A stretch of DNA of 43,921 bases from a candidate division WOR-3 bacterium (lineage in GTDB: Bacteria; SDB-A): NCBI GenBank assembly GCA_016934535.1, contig JAFGSQ010000004.1:1-43921 (forward strand), written 5' to 3'. Shown here piece after piece: positions 19,515-29,598 of this stretch (position 1 is its first letter; every line of letters begins with the position of its first letter). The notes below the pieces were generated by a model. It was not told the origin of the DNA. It ran no database searches and saw only the letters and a list, made by a program, of their open reading frames with translations. The translations under genes and the position numbers were made by a program.

Positions 19515-20707
19515 GATTGAGTCTCGTCCAGTTCGCCCCGAAAGTCGGCGACAAGGACGGCAATCTTTCTAATATCAGAGAATTAGCATCAAAGGCCACT
19601 GGAGACGTCGTTGTATTTCCTGAACTTGCTACTACAGGTTACGCATATCCGAGTAAAAAATCAATAATGCCCTTTTCCGATGATTTTGGAGAAGATAATG
19701 AAACTGCTTCGACATTCAAGAAGCTTTCCTTTGAAAAAAACTGCATGATAGTCGCAGGTTTTGCTGAAAAATCAGGTGAGTGCGTTTTCAACTCTGCGGG
19801 AATATTCACTCCGGACGGCGAAATTAGCGTTTACAGAAAACTTCATCTTTTCTCGAGAGAAAAATCCATTTTTACTCAAGGTGATACACCTCCGCCAGTC
19901 ATCTTTTTCAAAGGAACGCTTTTTTGTGTTCTCATCTGCTTTGATTGGTTTTTCACCGAACTTTTCAGACTGAGAACCCTCGACGGAGTTCAGGTTTTTA
20001 TTCATTGCGCAAATCTTGTTTTGCCATGGTGTCATACTGCGATGAAGGAGAGAGCCGTGACAAACAGGGTTTTTGTGGCGACGGCTAACAGAACCGGACG
20101 GGAAAGGGAAGGAACGGATGATTACGAGTTCACAGGACAATCCCAGATTGTAGACGTATCAGGCACGGTGATCTCGTCTCTTGATCAAGAAGAAGGACTT
20201 CTCGAAGCAGACATAGAACCGTCTCTGGCACTTGATAAAAACGTCACTGGGACAAACAATATTTTCAACGACAGACGAGCAGACATCTATAGCATCAAGT
20301 GGTCAGACGAGTTTGCCGGAATCCGGGAAGACCTCTCTGCGAAAGCTCATTCTGCAAAAGAATTCGCTTACGCTCCGTATTCCGGCATAAAAGTCGGAGC
20401 CGCTATCGAAGATGACAGGGGAAAAGTCTTCTGCGGATGCAATGTCGAAAACGCCTCATTCGGCCTCACTATATGCGCGGAAAGAACAGCCGTTTCGGCC
20501 ATGATTATTTCCGGCGGAAAATTGATTAAAAATTTATGCATCGCCTCGGACGAAGGACTCGTTCCTTGCGGAGCCTGTCTTCAGGTCATCGCCGAGTTTT
20601 CAGAAGATCCCTCTATAATAACAATAAACAAAAACGGGGAAAGAAAAACATGGAAACTTTCAGAACTTTATCCGGTAAAATTTTCAAAGGAAAACTTGCT
20701 GCACTGA
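19508..20707 (+). CDS. Fusion of a carbon-nitrogen hydrolase (nitrilase superfamily) and cytidine deaminase
   Basis: N-terminal Glu-Lys-Cys triad motifs FPELATTGY, YRKLHLF, LICFDWFF; C-terminal AYAPYS..VGAA, GCNVENAS.GLTICAER and PCGAC (tetrameric Cdd Zn site). Confidence 0.9.
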   Translation: MVRLSLVQFAPKVGDKDGNLSNIRELASKATGDVVVFPELATTGYAYPSKKSIMPFSDDFGEDNETASTFKKLSFEKNCMIVAGFAEKSGECVFNSAGIFTPDGEISVYRKLHLFSREKSIFTQGDTPPPVIFFKGTLFCVLICFDWFFTELFRLRTLDGVQVFIHCANLVLPWCHTAMKERAVTNRVFVATANRTGREREGTDDYEFTGQSQIVDVSGTVISSLDQEEGLLEADIEPSLALDKNVTGTNNIFNDRRADIYSIKWSDEFAGIREDLSAKAHSAKEFAYAPYSGIKVGAAIEDDRGKVFCGCNVENASFGLTICAERTAVSAMIISGGKLIKNLCIASDEGLVPCGACLQVIAEFSEDPSIITINKNGERKTWKLSELYPVKFSKENLLH

Positions 20708-21954
20708 TCGTTGTACCCGTGGCAACTGTTATTTCCTGCGGACCTAAAAGCGGACCCCAATCTATTGCCGACTCAGTTCAGATCGACGGATCCCTGGTGT
20801 TCGAAGCGCTTGAGAAAACTTTCGGATTGACGGGTTTCAGCGCAGATCTGACGATTGAACGAACAGGTTTTGAAATGTATCCTGACGTGAAGATGTATTA
20901 TTCTGTTCGCTTCCAGTTTCCCGACAGAGTTCATCTGAAACCGAAATATATCACCGAAGGCCAGTTTTCAGACGAAGTGATCGCGCTTGGTTCCAGAGAA
21001 TATCATTTCATTTCAGAAAAATGGGAAGAGTATCCGAGGACTGACATGTCGGATCTCTATTTCCAAACTGACCTCGTACTTATGGATAGCAATTTTGTCT
21101 TTCTCCCGGAAAAATCCGCCGGGGCAGAGATTTATTTTTTCGCTTTCAAACCGAACCTGCCTCTTTTTGACCCGCTCGGAAAAATAATAACAACGGGTGA
21201 AATAATTATTGGCGTCAAAGACACATTGATACAATCAGTAAAAGTTTTCAGTCCGGATTCCTCGTTTTTGTGGAGTTTTGAGATCACGGGGGTTGGAATT
21301 TCCGGCGAAATTCGAGCACCTTCTCTTTTCTATTATTTTTTTAAAGTTGAGATAGACAGCATGCAGGACACCCTGGCTATAAGTTCAAGGCTGAGAAACT
21401 GCGGCTGCGAGGAGATTAAAATTTCCTCTTTCAGAAGAAGCAGTGAAATCGAATTCATGTCGGAAAGAGAATCCCCATTCATGAGAGATCTGCTGACGAT
21501 GGAAGGATATTGGGAAATCAGAGAAGTCAGGTGGATACATGATGACCCGGGAAAGTATATCAACGACAGTGTTTTGCTGAGAGAGGAATTCGGCTCTGAC
21601 AGCAGGATTGGATTTATTGCGGGAATACCTTACAAACCGGCGATACTCTTAAAACCAGTGTTGGACTGCCGGAAAGACGTAATTATGGAATCGGATGTTT
21701 CATACAGCGCTATAGACAGGATTTCTCTTAAAATTTTATTTTCAGACGAATCGGGTGAAAAAATCCGCAATTTGCATGAAGGTGCGGCAATCGGACTGGT
21801 GGTAGACGGCTCTTTGGTGGCTGTCGCAGATTCGCGTACTGCCGATGGAAGCTATTCGTTTATTTGGGAAAGAGGGGGGGATTTCGACATCGATTTTATA
21901 AGATCTGTTTTGAATTCGCCATTTCTTTCCGGGCAGGTGAGAATAAAAGAGTGA
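20650..21954 (+). CDS. Hypothetical lipoprotein, possibly with a C-terminal SecDF P1-head-like segment
   Basis: ATG 20650 gives a basic n-region, a hydrophobic core and a VISC lipobox; C-terminal F..E.GEK...IGLVVDG pattern. Confidence 0.6.
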   Translation: METFRTLSGKIFKGKLAALIVVPVATVISCGPKSGPQSIADSVQIDGSLVFEALEKTFGLTGFSADLTIERTGFEMYPDVKMYYSVRFQFPDRVHLKPKYITEGQFSDEVIALGSREYHFISEKWEEYPRTDMSDLYFQTDLVLMDSNFVFLPEKSAGAEIYFFAFKPNLPLFDPLGKIITTGEIIIGVKDTLIQSVKVFSPDSSFLWSFEITGVGISGEIRAPSLFYYFFKVEIDSMQDTLAISSRLRNCGCEEIKISSFRRSSEIEFMSERESPFMRDLLTMEGYWEIREVRWIHDDPGKYINDSVLLREEFGSDSRIGFIAGIPYKPAILLKPVLDCRKDVIMESDVSYSAIDRISLKILFSDESGEKIRNLHEGAAIGLVVDGSLVAVADSRTADGSYSFIWERGGDFDIDFIRSVLNSPFLSGQVRIKE

Positions 21955-21996
21955 TCTTGAAAAAACCTGATGTTTGTATAAACTGATGAAAATTGT

Positions 21997-22025
21997 TTGA
22001 CAGCTTAACTTTACGGAAATAGAAT
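21997..22025 (+). promoter_or_regulatory. Putative sigma70 promoter for the trm112-porU-porV-truB run
   Basis: TTGACA-17 bp-TAGAAT, near consensus. Confidence 0.7.
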
Positions 22026-22129
22026 TCTTACAGGAGTTGATAAAGATAAGTTCATTCTATGTAAAATATTGCAGATCTTTTGCCTTTCCAGAATTAAAGG
22101 TTATATTTTGCCTGTAAAGGAGTTAAGTT

Positions 22130-22315
22130 ATGCTCGACAAAAGGCTTCTCGACATATTAGTTTGCCCTAAATGCAAGGGCGAACTCGAATATAAATCCGG
22201 GATCAACCGGCTTTTGTGTAAAAACTGCAAGTTGGCATACAAGATAGAAGATGACATACCTATCATGTTGATAGATGAAGCTGAAAGGGCGGACAGGCAA
22301 ATTTATGAAAAATAA
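22130..22315 (+). CDS. Trm112/YcaR-family small protein
   Basis: LLDILVCPKCKGEL...C..C..AY.I.DDIPIML.DEA; AAGGAG SD. Confidence 0.9.
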   Translation: MLDKRLLDILVCPKCKGELEYKSGINRLLCKNCKLAYKIEDDIPIMLIDEAERADRQIYEK

Positions 22316-25300
22316 ATGCATTACAGGATTACTCATTTTATTTTCTTTTTTCAATCAGTTGATTTCCGAGAAATATTTTGTCAATTACCAGGTCCCGGAG
22401 ATGGAAATCAGCGATTTTTTTGTTTCCGGCAGAGTTTATTCTTTTATTAAGCCGGGTCCAGGTCTTTCCTGTTTTGCTGAGACAGGAGCGCCCCAGCTGC
22501 CATCAAAATCTTTTATTTTCATAGTTCCTCCGCGCGGGAGTTATTCATTCGACGTATCGTTTTCGGGCGGCAGGACTCGACAGCTCGTCAATCCGGTTCT
22601 TCCTGTTCCGCAATGGAAAGAAGAGAATCTTGTCTATGAACCCGACAATAAATATTACACCAAAGCTTATCCCGGTTATTCATACATTGAATCCGAACCT
22701 TTTAAAATTGGATATTGGCGGCTGGTGAGGATAGAGACGTATCCTGTCACTTATGCGGACGGACGGATAACCTTTGCCGAGAACATAAAAATAGAAGCGA
22801 CATTTTCAGACAACACATCATCAGTCGTGCCTTCGGAGTCATGGCTGAGGATAATATCTTTCATGGCGGAAAACTATACTCACGCTTCAATATTCGCAGA
22901 AGGAAACACAGAGAGGATCCGTACATTTTCCGACCAGCCTTATTACAGGATTTCGCTTATCGAGGAGGGGCTGTATGAAGTAAGCGGATCCGATCTCGAG
23001 AACGCCGGTGTCAATTTGGACGCCATAGATCCGGTTACACTATCTGTGTTTTGCGGGGAGGCAAAAGCTTTGAGCTGGTACCTGGCGGACACAATACACG
23101 ACAGTTTTCAGTACGAGATCCCCATAATAGTCCAGGACGGGGGAGATAACAAATTCGATGCCGGGGACAGGATAATATTTTACGCGTCGTCTCTCAAAGG
23201 TTACGACAAGAATAATTTTCCTTACTCCGTTACCTCGTATCACAGCCCGTGGTCGGACACGGTAGTTTACTGGCTGACGTGGGGCGGAGAAAACGGCAGG
23301 AGGCTGGTAAATCAGAATTCCCTGCCGATGACCGGGTCTTTTATTCAGACGTCGTTTCTCGACACCGTTCACGTTGAGACGGACAGTCTGAGTCCTTCGC
23401 AGTCAGGTCTCAGATTTATACACAGAGAGATATCCAGAAATCCCGGCGACGAAGTTGCAGGTTTTTCAATATCTTACAATGTCCAATCGCCTGCCGGACA
23501 GGCTCAGATGAATCTCCACGTGTTTTCGGGTTCGACTGACTCGGTCAATATGCATAGAATGCGTGTCAGGTTAAACGGATCACAGATAGGAACGGCCGAA
23601 TGGGCCGACGAGCATTCGATAAGCCCGAGGATAATTTCATTTCCCTGCACTGGAGTTTTGAGGGAAGGGACGAACAATCAGGAAGTACAACTTTACAGGG
23701 TTTATCAGAATTCCAGCGATTTTATAATGTACGATTTGACTGACGTGATTTATCAGAGAAAGTATCAGACACACGAAGGCATGCTCGTTTTCGGCGTGAA
23801 TGCAGGCGCGGGGGACACAGTTCTCGGTTTTAACGTAAAAGGAGTAAGCTCAGGCGGTCTTTATGTCTGGAACATTGACGATCCTTACAATCCTACAGGA
23901 ATAGTGAATTACACAGTGTCCGGAGACACTGTCAAATTCGCATGGCCCGGAGATTCAAATTCCGGATTCATCGTTTCGAATTCCCTGATGAAACCTGTAA
24001 ACATAAGATATGCCGATCCATTTGCTTTAAAAAGGATAACAGGTGCGGATTACATAATAATAACCCCGCATCAGTTTTTGAACGCCGCAGAGAAACTCGC
24101 TTCATACAGAAGGTCGCATTTTCCCGGAGGCATAAACCCTCAGGTGCTCGTCGTCGAACTTCAGGAGGTTTACGACAATTTTGGGCACGGGATGTCCGAT
24201 CCGACGGCTATAAGGAACTACCTCAAATGGGCGAGTGAAAACTATGATCCAATACCCGGCTACGTTTTGTTTATGGGTTGCGGCACATATGATTACAGGA
24301 ACATCGAGAGAAGAACACCCTTCAGAGGCGCTTTTCCGGCACACGAAGAAGGCGGTGTTGTTAAATATTTCTCCATGCAGAATTTCAATTCGTGCTTTGA
24401 CGACTGGTACGTAGATTTCGACGGGAACCGGTATCCCGACATGTGCGTGGGCAGAATAACCGCTCTGACGAACGTCGACATAAACCAGAACGTCGAAAAG
24501 ATTATCAGATATGAAAACTCATCGTCTTTCGGTTCGTGGAAGAGCAGAGTGCTGTTTCTAGCCGATGACGAATACGCTTCGAGAGTTGACCAATCTTACA
24601 ATGAATATATTCATAATTACCAGACAGAGAGCATTTCGAGGTTCTTGTCGCAGGATTACCAGCCGGTGAAAGTCTATCTGATGAATTATCTGGGCACGAC
24701 ACAGACAGCGGGACCTCCGTACAACTACAGTCCCGGCGAAAAACCTCTCGCCGCTCAGGATCTGAGACAGGAACTTAACAAGGGTTGTTTCATGCTGTTA
24801 TTCATGGGGCACGGTAATTTGACGGTTTTAACGCACGAAGCGGTGTTCAGGAACCCTTCTGACGTCGACGCCCTCGAGAACGAGATAAGACAGCCAATAT
24901 GCTATTTCGGCTCCTGCGGAGTCGGGGCTTTTGACAGGACTACATACAGTTCTATGGCGGACGGAATACAGATAAAACCAGACAAAGGCGCCATTTTTAC
25001 ATGGGGCGCTTCAAGAGCGACTTTTCCTTCCGACAATTACCCGCTCGCAGTTAATTTAATGCTGAGTGTCCTTGGCGATCACCTCTCCACAGGAGAAGTG
25101 ACGTTAGTTGTAAAAAACACAGTTCACGCAAACAGCTGGCATTATCTCAGTTTCGGCGATCCGGCGTTGATTCCTTTCAAAGACACAATAGGAATATCAA
25201 TGGACCTCGGAAGAGACAAAATGCTTGCCTCAGGATTGTCCGACATCAGTTCAACCACGGGAAACGGTACTCTTACGTCAGTGAGTTCTCCTGTTCTGAC

Positions 25301-26378
25301 CTCTCTTTCACTTGCTCCGGTGGACACGGTTGACGGAAGAGTGACCTACACTTTGACGGGAACAATAGACGATCCATCGTTCGGAGACGGCTGGGCTTCT
25401 GTGATAGTGATACCACCTCAGAGGCCGGACAGTCACGATTACATGCACAGGGCAATTCCCTTACCAAACGATTTCACATATTATTTTTCGGACCAGTTCA
25501 TACCCGGACTGCCTGTTTACGAAGTTTTGACAACTGTTGACGGCAACTCTTTCACCGCAACGTTCACGACCCCTTCCAAAATGCTGAGGTCGGGCGATCA
25601 AAGCGACATGAGGCGCTTCATGATATATGCCTATGCTTGGAACTCGGCAAAAGAGGCGAGAGGCCATCTCGAGCTTCCATGTTCCGGGACCGATGAACAG
25701 CCGTCGGGAGACAGTGCGGCTCCTAAAGTTTACGTTCTTGTCAAAGGGAGAATATTGTCGGATTCAGGCGACATAGTCCAGAATCCTCTCGAAATGGAGA
25801 TAGTGTTCGAGGATCAAAGCGGAATAAATCTTACGCCATTGCCTGAAAACGTGCTGTTTTTAAGGATAGACAACGGATCGCTGGACACATTGGCCGGCAG
25901 ATTTTTCAAATACGACGTTTCTAGCAGTGTGCGAGGCAGAATAAAGAAGACTTTCGATTTCGGAAATGAATCCGGAGAACACGAACTCACTGTGGCCGTA
26001 TCGGACAACATGGGCAACAGAGGTGTTTTCGCATGGAGTTTCAATGTGGAGAGTTCATCCGCGCCAGACATCACCAACGTCATGAATTTTCCCAACCCGA
26101 TGGAGAATTCAACCAACTTTACTTTTATTTTGACATCAGGATACGCTGACGTCACTATAGAGATATACACGGTAACAGGAAAACTGATAGAAGTGATTGA
26201 AGCCGGGGAGGTGACAAGCGGCTTCAACAGCGTTTACTGGAACGGTTTGGATTCTGAGGGAGACAGGCCTGCGAACGGGATTTATCTTTACAGGATAAAT
26301 GCTGTGACCAGAAGTACAGAAACCGCCGGTTCCGAAAGAGAAGTGTCAAGAGTGGGAAAGATTTTTATCGTACGGTAA
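22305..26378 (+). CDS. porU: PorU-like C25 (gingipain family) cysteine peptidase/sortase with a C-terminal FlgD-Ig/T9SS CTD-like domain
   Basis: C25 propeptide-like GAPQLP, ADYIIIT, YDNFG.G..DPTAIR, VGRI, FLADD, catalytic FMGHG and FGSC, C-terminal NFPNP...IEIYTVTGKLI...WNG.D....ANGIYLY; directly upstream of a PorV-like gene. Confidence 0.8.
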   Translation: MKNKCITGLLILFSFFNQLISEKYFVNYQVPEMEISDFFVSGRVYSFIKPGPGLSCFAETGAPQLPSKSFIFIVPPRGSYSFDVSFSGGRTRQLVNPVLPVPQWKEENLVYEPDNKYYTKAYPGYSYIESEPFKIGYWRLVRIETYPVTYADGRITFAENIKIEATFSDNTSSVVPSESWLRIISFMAENYTHASIFAEGNTERIRTFSDQPYYRISLIEEGLYEVSGSDLENAGVNLDAIDPVTLSVFCGEAKALSWYLADTIHDSFQYEIPIIVQDGGDNKFDAGDRIIFYASSLKGYDKNNFPYSVTSYHSPWSDTVVYWLTWGGENGRRLVNQNSLPMTGSFIQTSFLDTVHVETDSLSPSQSGLRFIHREISRNPGDEVAGFSISYNVQSPAGQAQMNLHVFSGSTDSVNMHRMRVRLNGSQIGTAEWADEHSISPRIISFPCTGVLREGTNNQEVQLYRVYQNSSDFIMYDLTDVIYQRKYQTHEGMLVFGVNAGAGDTVLGFNVKGVSSGGLYVWNIDDPYNPTGIVNYTVSGDTVKFAWPGDSNSGFIVSNSLMKPVNIRYADPFALKRITGADYIIITPHQFLNAAEKLASYRRSHFPGGINPQVLVVELQEVYDNFGHGMSDPTAIRNYLKWASENYDPIPGYVLFMGCGTYDYRNIERRTPFRGAFPAHEEGGVVKYFSMQNFNSCFDDWYVDFDGNRYPDMCVGRITALTNVDINQNVEKIIRYENSSSFGSWKSRVLFLADDEYASRVDQSYNEYIHNYQTESISRFLSQDYQPVKVYLMNYLGTTQTAGPPYNYSPGEKPLAAQDLRQELNKGCFMLLFMGHGNLTVLTHEAVFRNPSDVDALENEIRQPICYFGSCGVGAFDRTTYSSMADGIQIKPDKGAIFTWGASRATFPSDNYPLAVNLMLSVLGDHLSTGEVTLVVKNTVHANSWHYLSFGDPALIPFKDTIGISMDLGRDKMLASGLSDISSTTGNGTLTSVSSPVLTSLSLAPVDTVDGRVTYTLTGTIDDPSFGDGWASVIVIPPQRPDSHDYMHRAIPLPNDFTYYFSDQFIPGLPVYEVLTTVDGNSFTATFTTPSKMLRSGDQSDMRRFMIYAYAWNSAKEARGHLELPCSGTDEQPSGDSAAPKVYVLVKGRILSDSGDIVQNPLEMEIVFEDQSGINLTPLPENVLFLRIDNGSLDTLAGRFFKYDVSSSVRGRIKKTFDFGNESGEHELTVAVSDNMGNRGVFAWSFNVESSSAPDITNVMNFPNPMENSTNFTFILTSGYADVTIEIYTVTGKLIEVIEAGEVTSGFNSVYWNGLDSEGDRPANGIYLYRINAVTRSTETAGSEREVSRVGKIFIVR

Positions 26379-26429
26379 AAATCAGTTTATCGTTAGATAA
26401 AATCAGGTTTATTGAAGGAAAAACATTTT
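26364..26429 (+). repeat. Three imperfect 22 bp tandem repeats across the porU stop codon
   Basis: TTTATCGTACGGTAAAAATCAG / TTTATCGTTAGATAAAATCAGG / TTTATTGAAGGAAAAACATTTT. Confidence 0.5.
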
Positions 26430-26473
26430 TTACTTTTGGATGAGAGTTTAGCTAATAGACAGAGGAGGAATTT

Positions 26474-27514
26474 TTGAAAAAGATTTTACTTACCTTGATG
26501 ATTTCCATTGCTTTATTTAATTCGCTTTCAGCGAGCACCAATCAAGCCGCTGCAATATTTCTTACAATATTTCCCGGAGCAAGATCCGTTGGAATGGGAG
26601 GGGCTTACACGGCAGTCTCCGACGACGCTTTTGCCTGTTACTACAACCCCGCCGGACTCGGATTCATAGACACAAAAGTATTTTCGCTGATGCACGCCAA
26701 CTGGCTTCCGGGGCTTTATCCTAGCATGTATTACGAATATCTCGGTTTCGCAATGCCTGTAAGCGACATAGGCACTCTGGGATTTAATCTTATATACTTG
26801 ACGACAGGCGAGACAGAAGCCACGGATGAAAACGGAAATCAAATAGCCAAATTTCGTACTTTCGATCTGGCCACCACAGCTAATTACGGCATAGCACTTT
26901 CAGACAGACTTTCTGTCGGTCTCGGACTCAAGTTTATATACAGTTATCTTGCACCTTCATGGCTTGTCAGTCGACTGCTGAACACGAAAGGCGGAGGAGC
27001 CGGAGCTTCATGGGCTCTCGACGGAGGAATTTTGTACAAACCCTTCGGAGGATTGACTTTGGGTGCGGCTTTGCAGAATCTGGGGCCGGGGCTGAGTTAC
27101 ACGGAAACGGGTGAAAAAGATCCTCTCCCTCAAACCGTGCGTCTCGGTGCGTCTTATCTCTGGGCTTCGTACGACGCGCCTACGGACTCGACAAAAATTC
27201 CTATGAAATTATGGGAAGCGAGACTTTCGCTCGATTTAATAAAAGTCATTGTCGGGATAGTCGACGAGATGAAGGACAAACAGTACAGTTATATTTGGGA
27301 CGACACATGGAAAGCCGCCGGTCTGGAGCTCGGTTATTACGAGATGATATATTTCAGATTGGGATATTTCATAGACGAAGCCGGATCAAGAAAAGGCTTC
27401 ACTTACGGCGGCGGAGTCAAATTCAGAAACTTCAACTTCGACCTCGGCGTGGATTCCCCGCTCTACGATTTCCCCACGAGCAATTACAGATTCACACTGA
27501 ATGTCTGGTGGTGA
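26474..27514 (+). CDS. porV: PorV-family outer-membrane beta-barrel protein
   Basis: Signal peptide; FLTIFPGARSVGMG, YYNPAGL, ANWLP; terminal aromatic residues; GAGGAGG SD with TTG start; adjacent to porU. Confidence 0.8.
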   Translation: MKKILLTLMISIALFNSLSASTNQAAAIFLTIFPGARSVGMGGAYTAVSDDAFACYYNPAGLGFIDTKVFSLMHANWLPGLYPSMYYEYLGFAMPVSDIGTLGFNLIYLTTGETEATDENGNQIAKFRTFDLATTANYGIALSDRLSVGLGLKFIYSYLAPSWLVSRLLNTKGGGAGASWALDGGILYKPFGGLTLGAALQNLGPGLSYTETGEKDPLPQTVRLGASYLWASYDAPTDSTKIPMKLWEARLSLDLIKVIVGIVDEMKDKQYSYIWDDTWKAAGLELGYYEMIYFRLGYFIDEAGSRKGFTYGGGVKFRNFNFDLGVDSPLYDFPTSNYRFTLNVWW

Positions 27515-27529
27515 TGAAGAGACCGTCAA

Positions 27530-28360
27530 TTGATCCGAAACTCAGGAATAATACTTTTAGATAAACCCAAGGGGATATCGTCCCGAAAAGCTCTCGACGT
27601 AATAATAAGGAGAGCTAATCTTGATAAAGCCGGTCACGCAGGGACTATTGATCCTGCCGCTTCGGGTTTGCTTGTGATCCTTTCCGGAAAAGCAACCAAA
27701 TTGAACAGGTACATTCTTTCGGCAGACAAGCTTTACAGATTCAGTGTACTTTTTGGGAAGAAAACAGAGACCGATGATTCGGAAGGAAAAATAATTTCAG
27801 AGAAAGATCCCGGAAAATCGGACGTTTCATTTTTCGAAGAAATCTTAAATGCTTTCAGGGGAAACATAGCACAAAAGCCCCCAATTCACTCAGCGGTCAA
27901 GGTTAACGGAAAAAGAGCTTACAAACTTGCGAGAAAAGGCTGTGAACCGGTTCTCAAGGAAAGAAGCGTCCGTATCCGATCCCTTTCTGTAAGAGATTTC
28001 AGTTGGCCCGTAGTTGAAATGGAAGCTGTCGTAAGCTCCGGAACATATATTCGCTCTCTGGCGAGGGATATCGGCGAAAAAACCGGTGTCGGCGCATATT
28101 GCCAGGACATAAGAAGAATTTCGATCGGCAACATGAATATCGAAGATGCTATTTCACTCGACGGTGAGATTAAATATTTTCCGTTCGAAAAAGCTTTGTC
28201 CCATTTACCGTGCATTGGCGACGATTTTACCGAGAAAGATTTTATTGAATTTAAAGACGAAACCTGTAAATACGCGATTGTCCTGGATACAGAAGGCGCT
28301 CTTTCGGCAATTCTCGAAAGAGACGACGGTGTTTTGAAGATCAACAAGATTTTTTTGTGA
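27530..28360 (+). CDS. truB: tRNA pseudouridine(55) synthase
   Basis: LDKPKG, GHAGTIDPAASG, QKPP.HSAVKVNGKRAY, SSGTYIRSLARD. Confidence 0.95.
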   Translation: MIRNSGIILLDKPKGISSRKALDVIIRRANLDKAGHAGTIDPAASGLLVILSGKATKLNRYILSADKLYRFSVLFGKKTETDDSEGKIISEKDPGKSDVSFFEEILNAFRGNIAQKPPIHSAVKVNGKRAYKLARKGCEPVLKERSVRIRSLSVRDFSWPVVEMEAVVSSGTYIRSLARDIGEKTGVGAYCQDIRRISIGNMNIEDAISLDGEIKYFPFEKALSHLPCIGDDFTEKDFIEFKDETCKYAIVLDTEGALSAILERDDGVLKINKIFL

Positions 28361-28384
28361 AAAAAATCATTTTGTAATTTAAAA

Positions 28385-29293
28385 ATGTCACGATTAAGAA
28401 AAAGCGCCGTCACGATAGGAATATTTGACGGTCCTCATCTGGGGCACAGAAAAATAATTGAAAAACTTGTAGCCGTCTCGGAAAAAAAGTCGCTTTTGCC
28501 TGTGCTCATAACTTTTTATCCTCATCCTAAAAAATTTCTGACGGGTAAATCACCGTCACTGCTAGCAGATTATGATCATAAATACAGAATAATCAGAAGT
28601 TTAGGCGTAAAAAACATCGAAGTAATCCGATTTGACGAAAAATTATCTTTGTTGTCAGCAGAGGAATTTTTGAGAGAAATCGTGAAAAAGAGATATTCAA
28701 CAGATCACCTGGTTGTCGGATTCAATCATCACCTTGGTAAAAACAGGGAAGCAGACAGTGACGCCATGGGAAAGATCGCATCCGAACTCGATATGGATTT
28801 TACGGCAGTGAGACCCAAGATAATAGATGGTGTTGTGGTTTCGAGCACCTATATACGGTACATTCTTAATTCGGGGAATGTAGAAACTGCCGCAAAGCAT
28901 TTGGGAAGGCATTATAAAACGGATGGCATTCACACGAGGGGAGCCGGAAGAGGCGGTAAAATTGGTTTCCCAACAATAAACATCTCTTTAAATCCCGATA
29001 TGACGGAAGTTGGAGAGGGTGTTTACGTGGTGAGAATTTATCTTGACTTAAAACCGTATCTTGCATTAGCATTCATAGGTAATTCTCCGACTTTCTCAGA
29101 CGTCAGGAAATTTGAAGTTTTCATACCGGATTGGAAACCTTTCGTCTTCGGGGAATGTATTGAAATTGATTTCATTTTGAGATTGAGAGATGTGTTAAAA
29201 TTTGATAGCATACAGGAGCTGAAAAGACAAATAGAGAAAGATGTCGAGCAGTTGAGGGTAAAAAAGAAATCAGGAGGTTTAACGTGCCCATGA
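28385..29293 (+). CDS. ribF: Bifunctional riboflavin kinase / FAD synthetase
   Basis: [33 protein letters not shown]...KF.S..EL..QI..D. Confidence 0.93.
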   Translation: MSRLRKSAVTIGIFDGPHLGHRKIIEKLVAVSEKKSLLPVLITFYPHPKKFLTGKSPSLLADYDHKYRIIRSLGVKNIEVIRFDEKLSLLSAEEFLREIVKKRYSTDHLVVGFNHHLGKNREADSDAMGKIASELDMDFTAVRPKIIDGVVVSSTYIRYILNSGNVETAAKHLGRHYKTDGIHTRGAGRGGKIGFPTINISLNPDMTEVGEGVYVVRIYLDLKPYLALAFIGNSPTFSDVRKFEVFIPDWKPFVFGECIEIDFILRLRDVLKFDSIQELKRQIEKDVEQLRVKKKSGGLTCP

Positions 29294-29553
29294 CTTCAAC
29301 AGATAAAAACAAACTTATAAAGAAATTTTCGAGAAAAGAAAACGACACCGGTTCACCCGAGGTTCAGGTTGCTATTCTCACCGAAAAAATAAAACTTTTG
29401 ACCGAACACCTGAAGACACACAAGAAAGACCATCATTCCAGAACCGGACTCTTGAAAATGGTCAACAGAAGAAGAAAACATCTTGACTATCTTCTTAAAA
29501 AAGACTACGACAGATACGCGGATGTAATTAAGACACTGGGCTTGAGGAGATAA
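29284..29553 (+). CDS. rpsO: 30S ribosomal protein S15
   Basis: [31 protein letters not shown]. Confidence 0.97.
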   Translation: MPMTSTDKNKLIKKFSRKENDTGSPEVQVAILTEKIKLLTEHLKTHKKDHHSRTGLLKMVNRRRKHLDYLLKKDYDRYADVIKTLGLRR

Positions 29554-29598
29554 GCTTTTTTTGATTGGTTTTTTCATTAATATTGTTTGGAGATAAAA

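Noticed and set aside
22037-22117. 26-codon TTG-started ORF in the leader before the Trm112-family gene
   Set aside because: AGGAG abuts the TTG with no spacing, there is no recognisable peptide signature, and it overlaps a possible second promoter.
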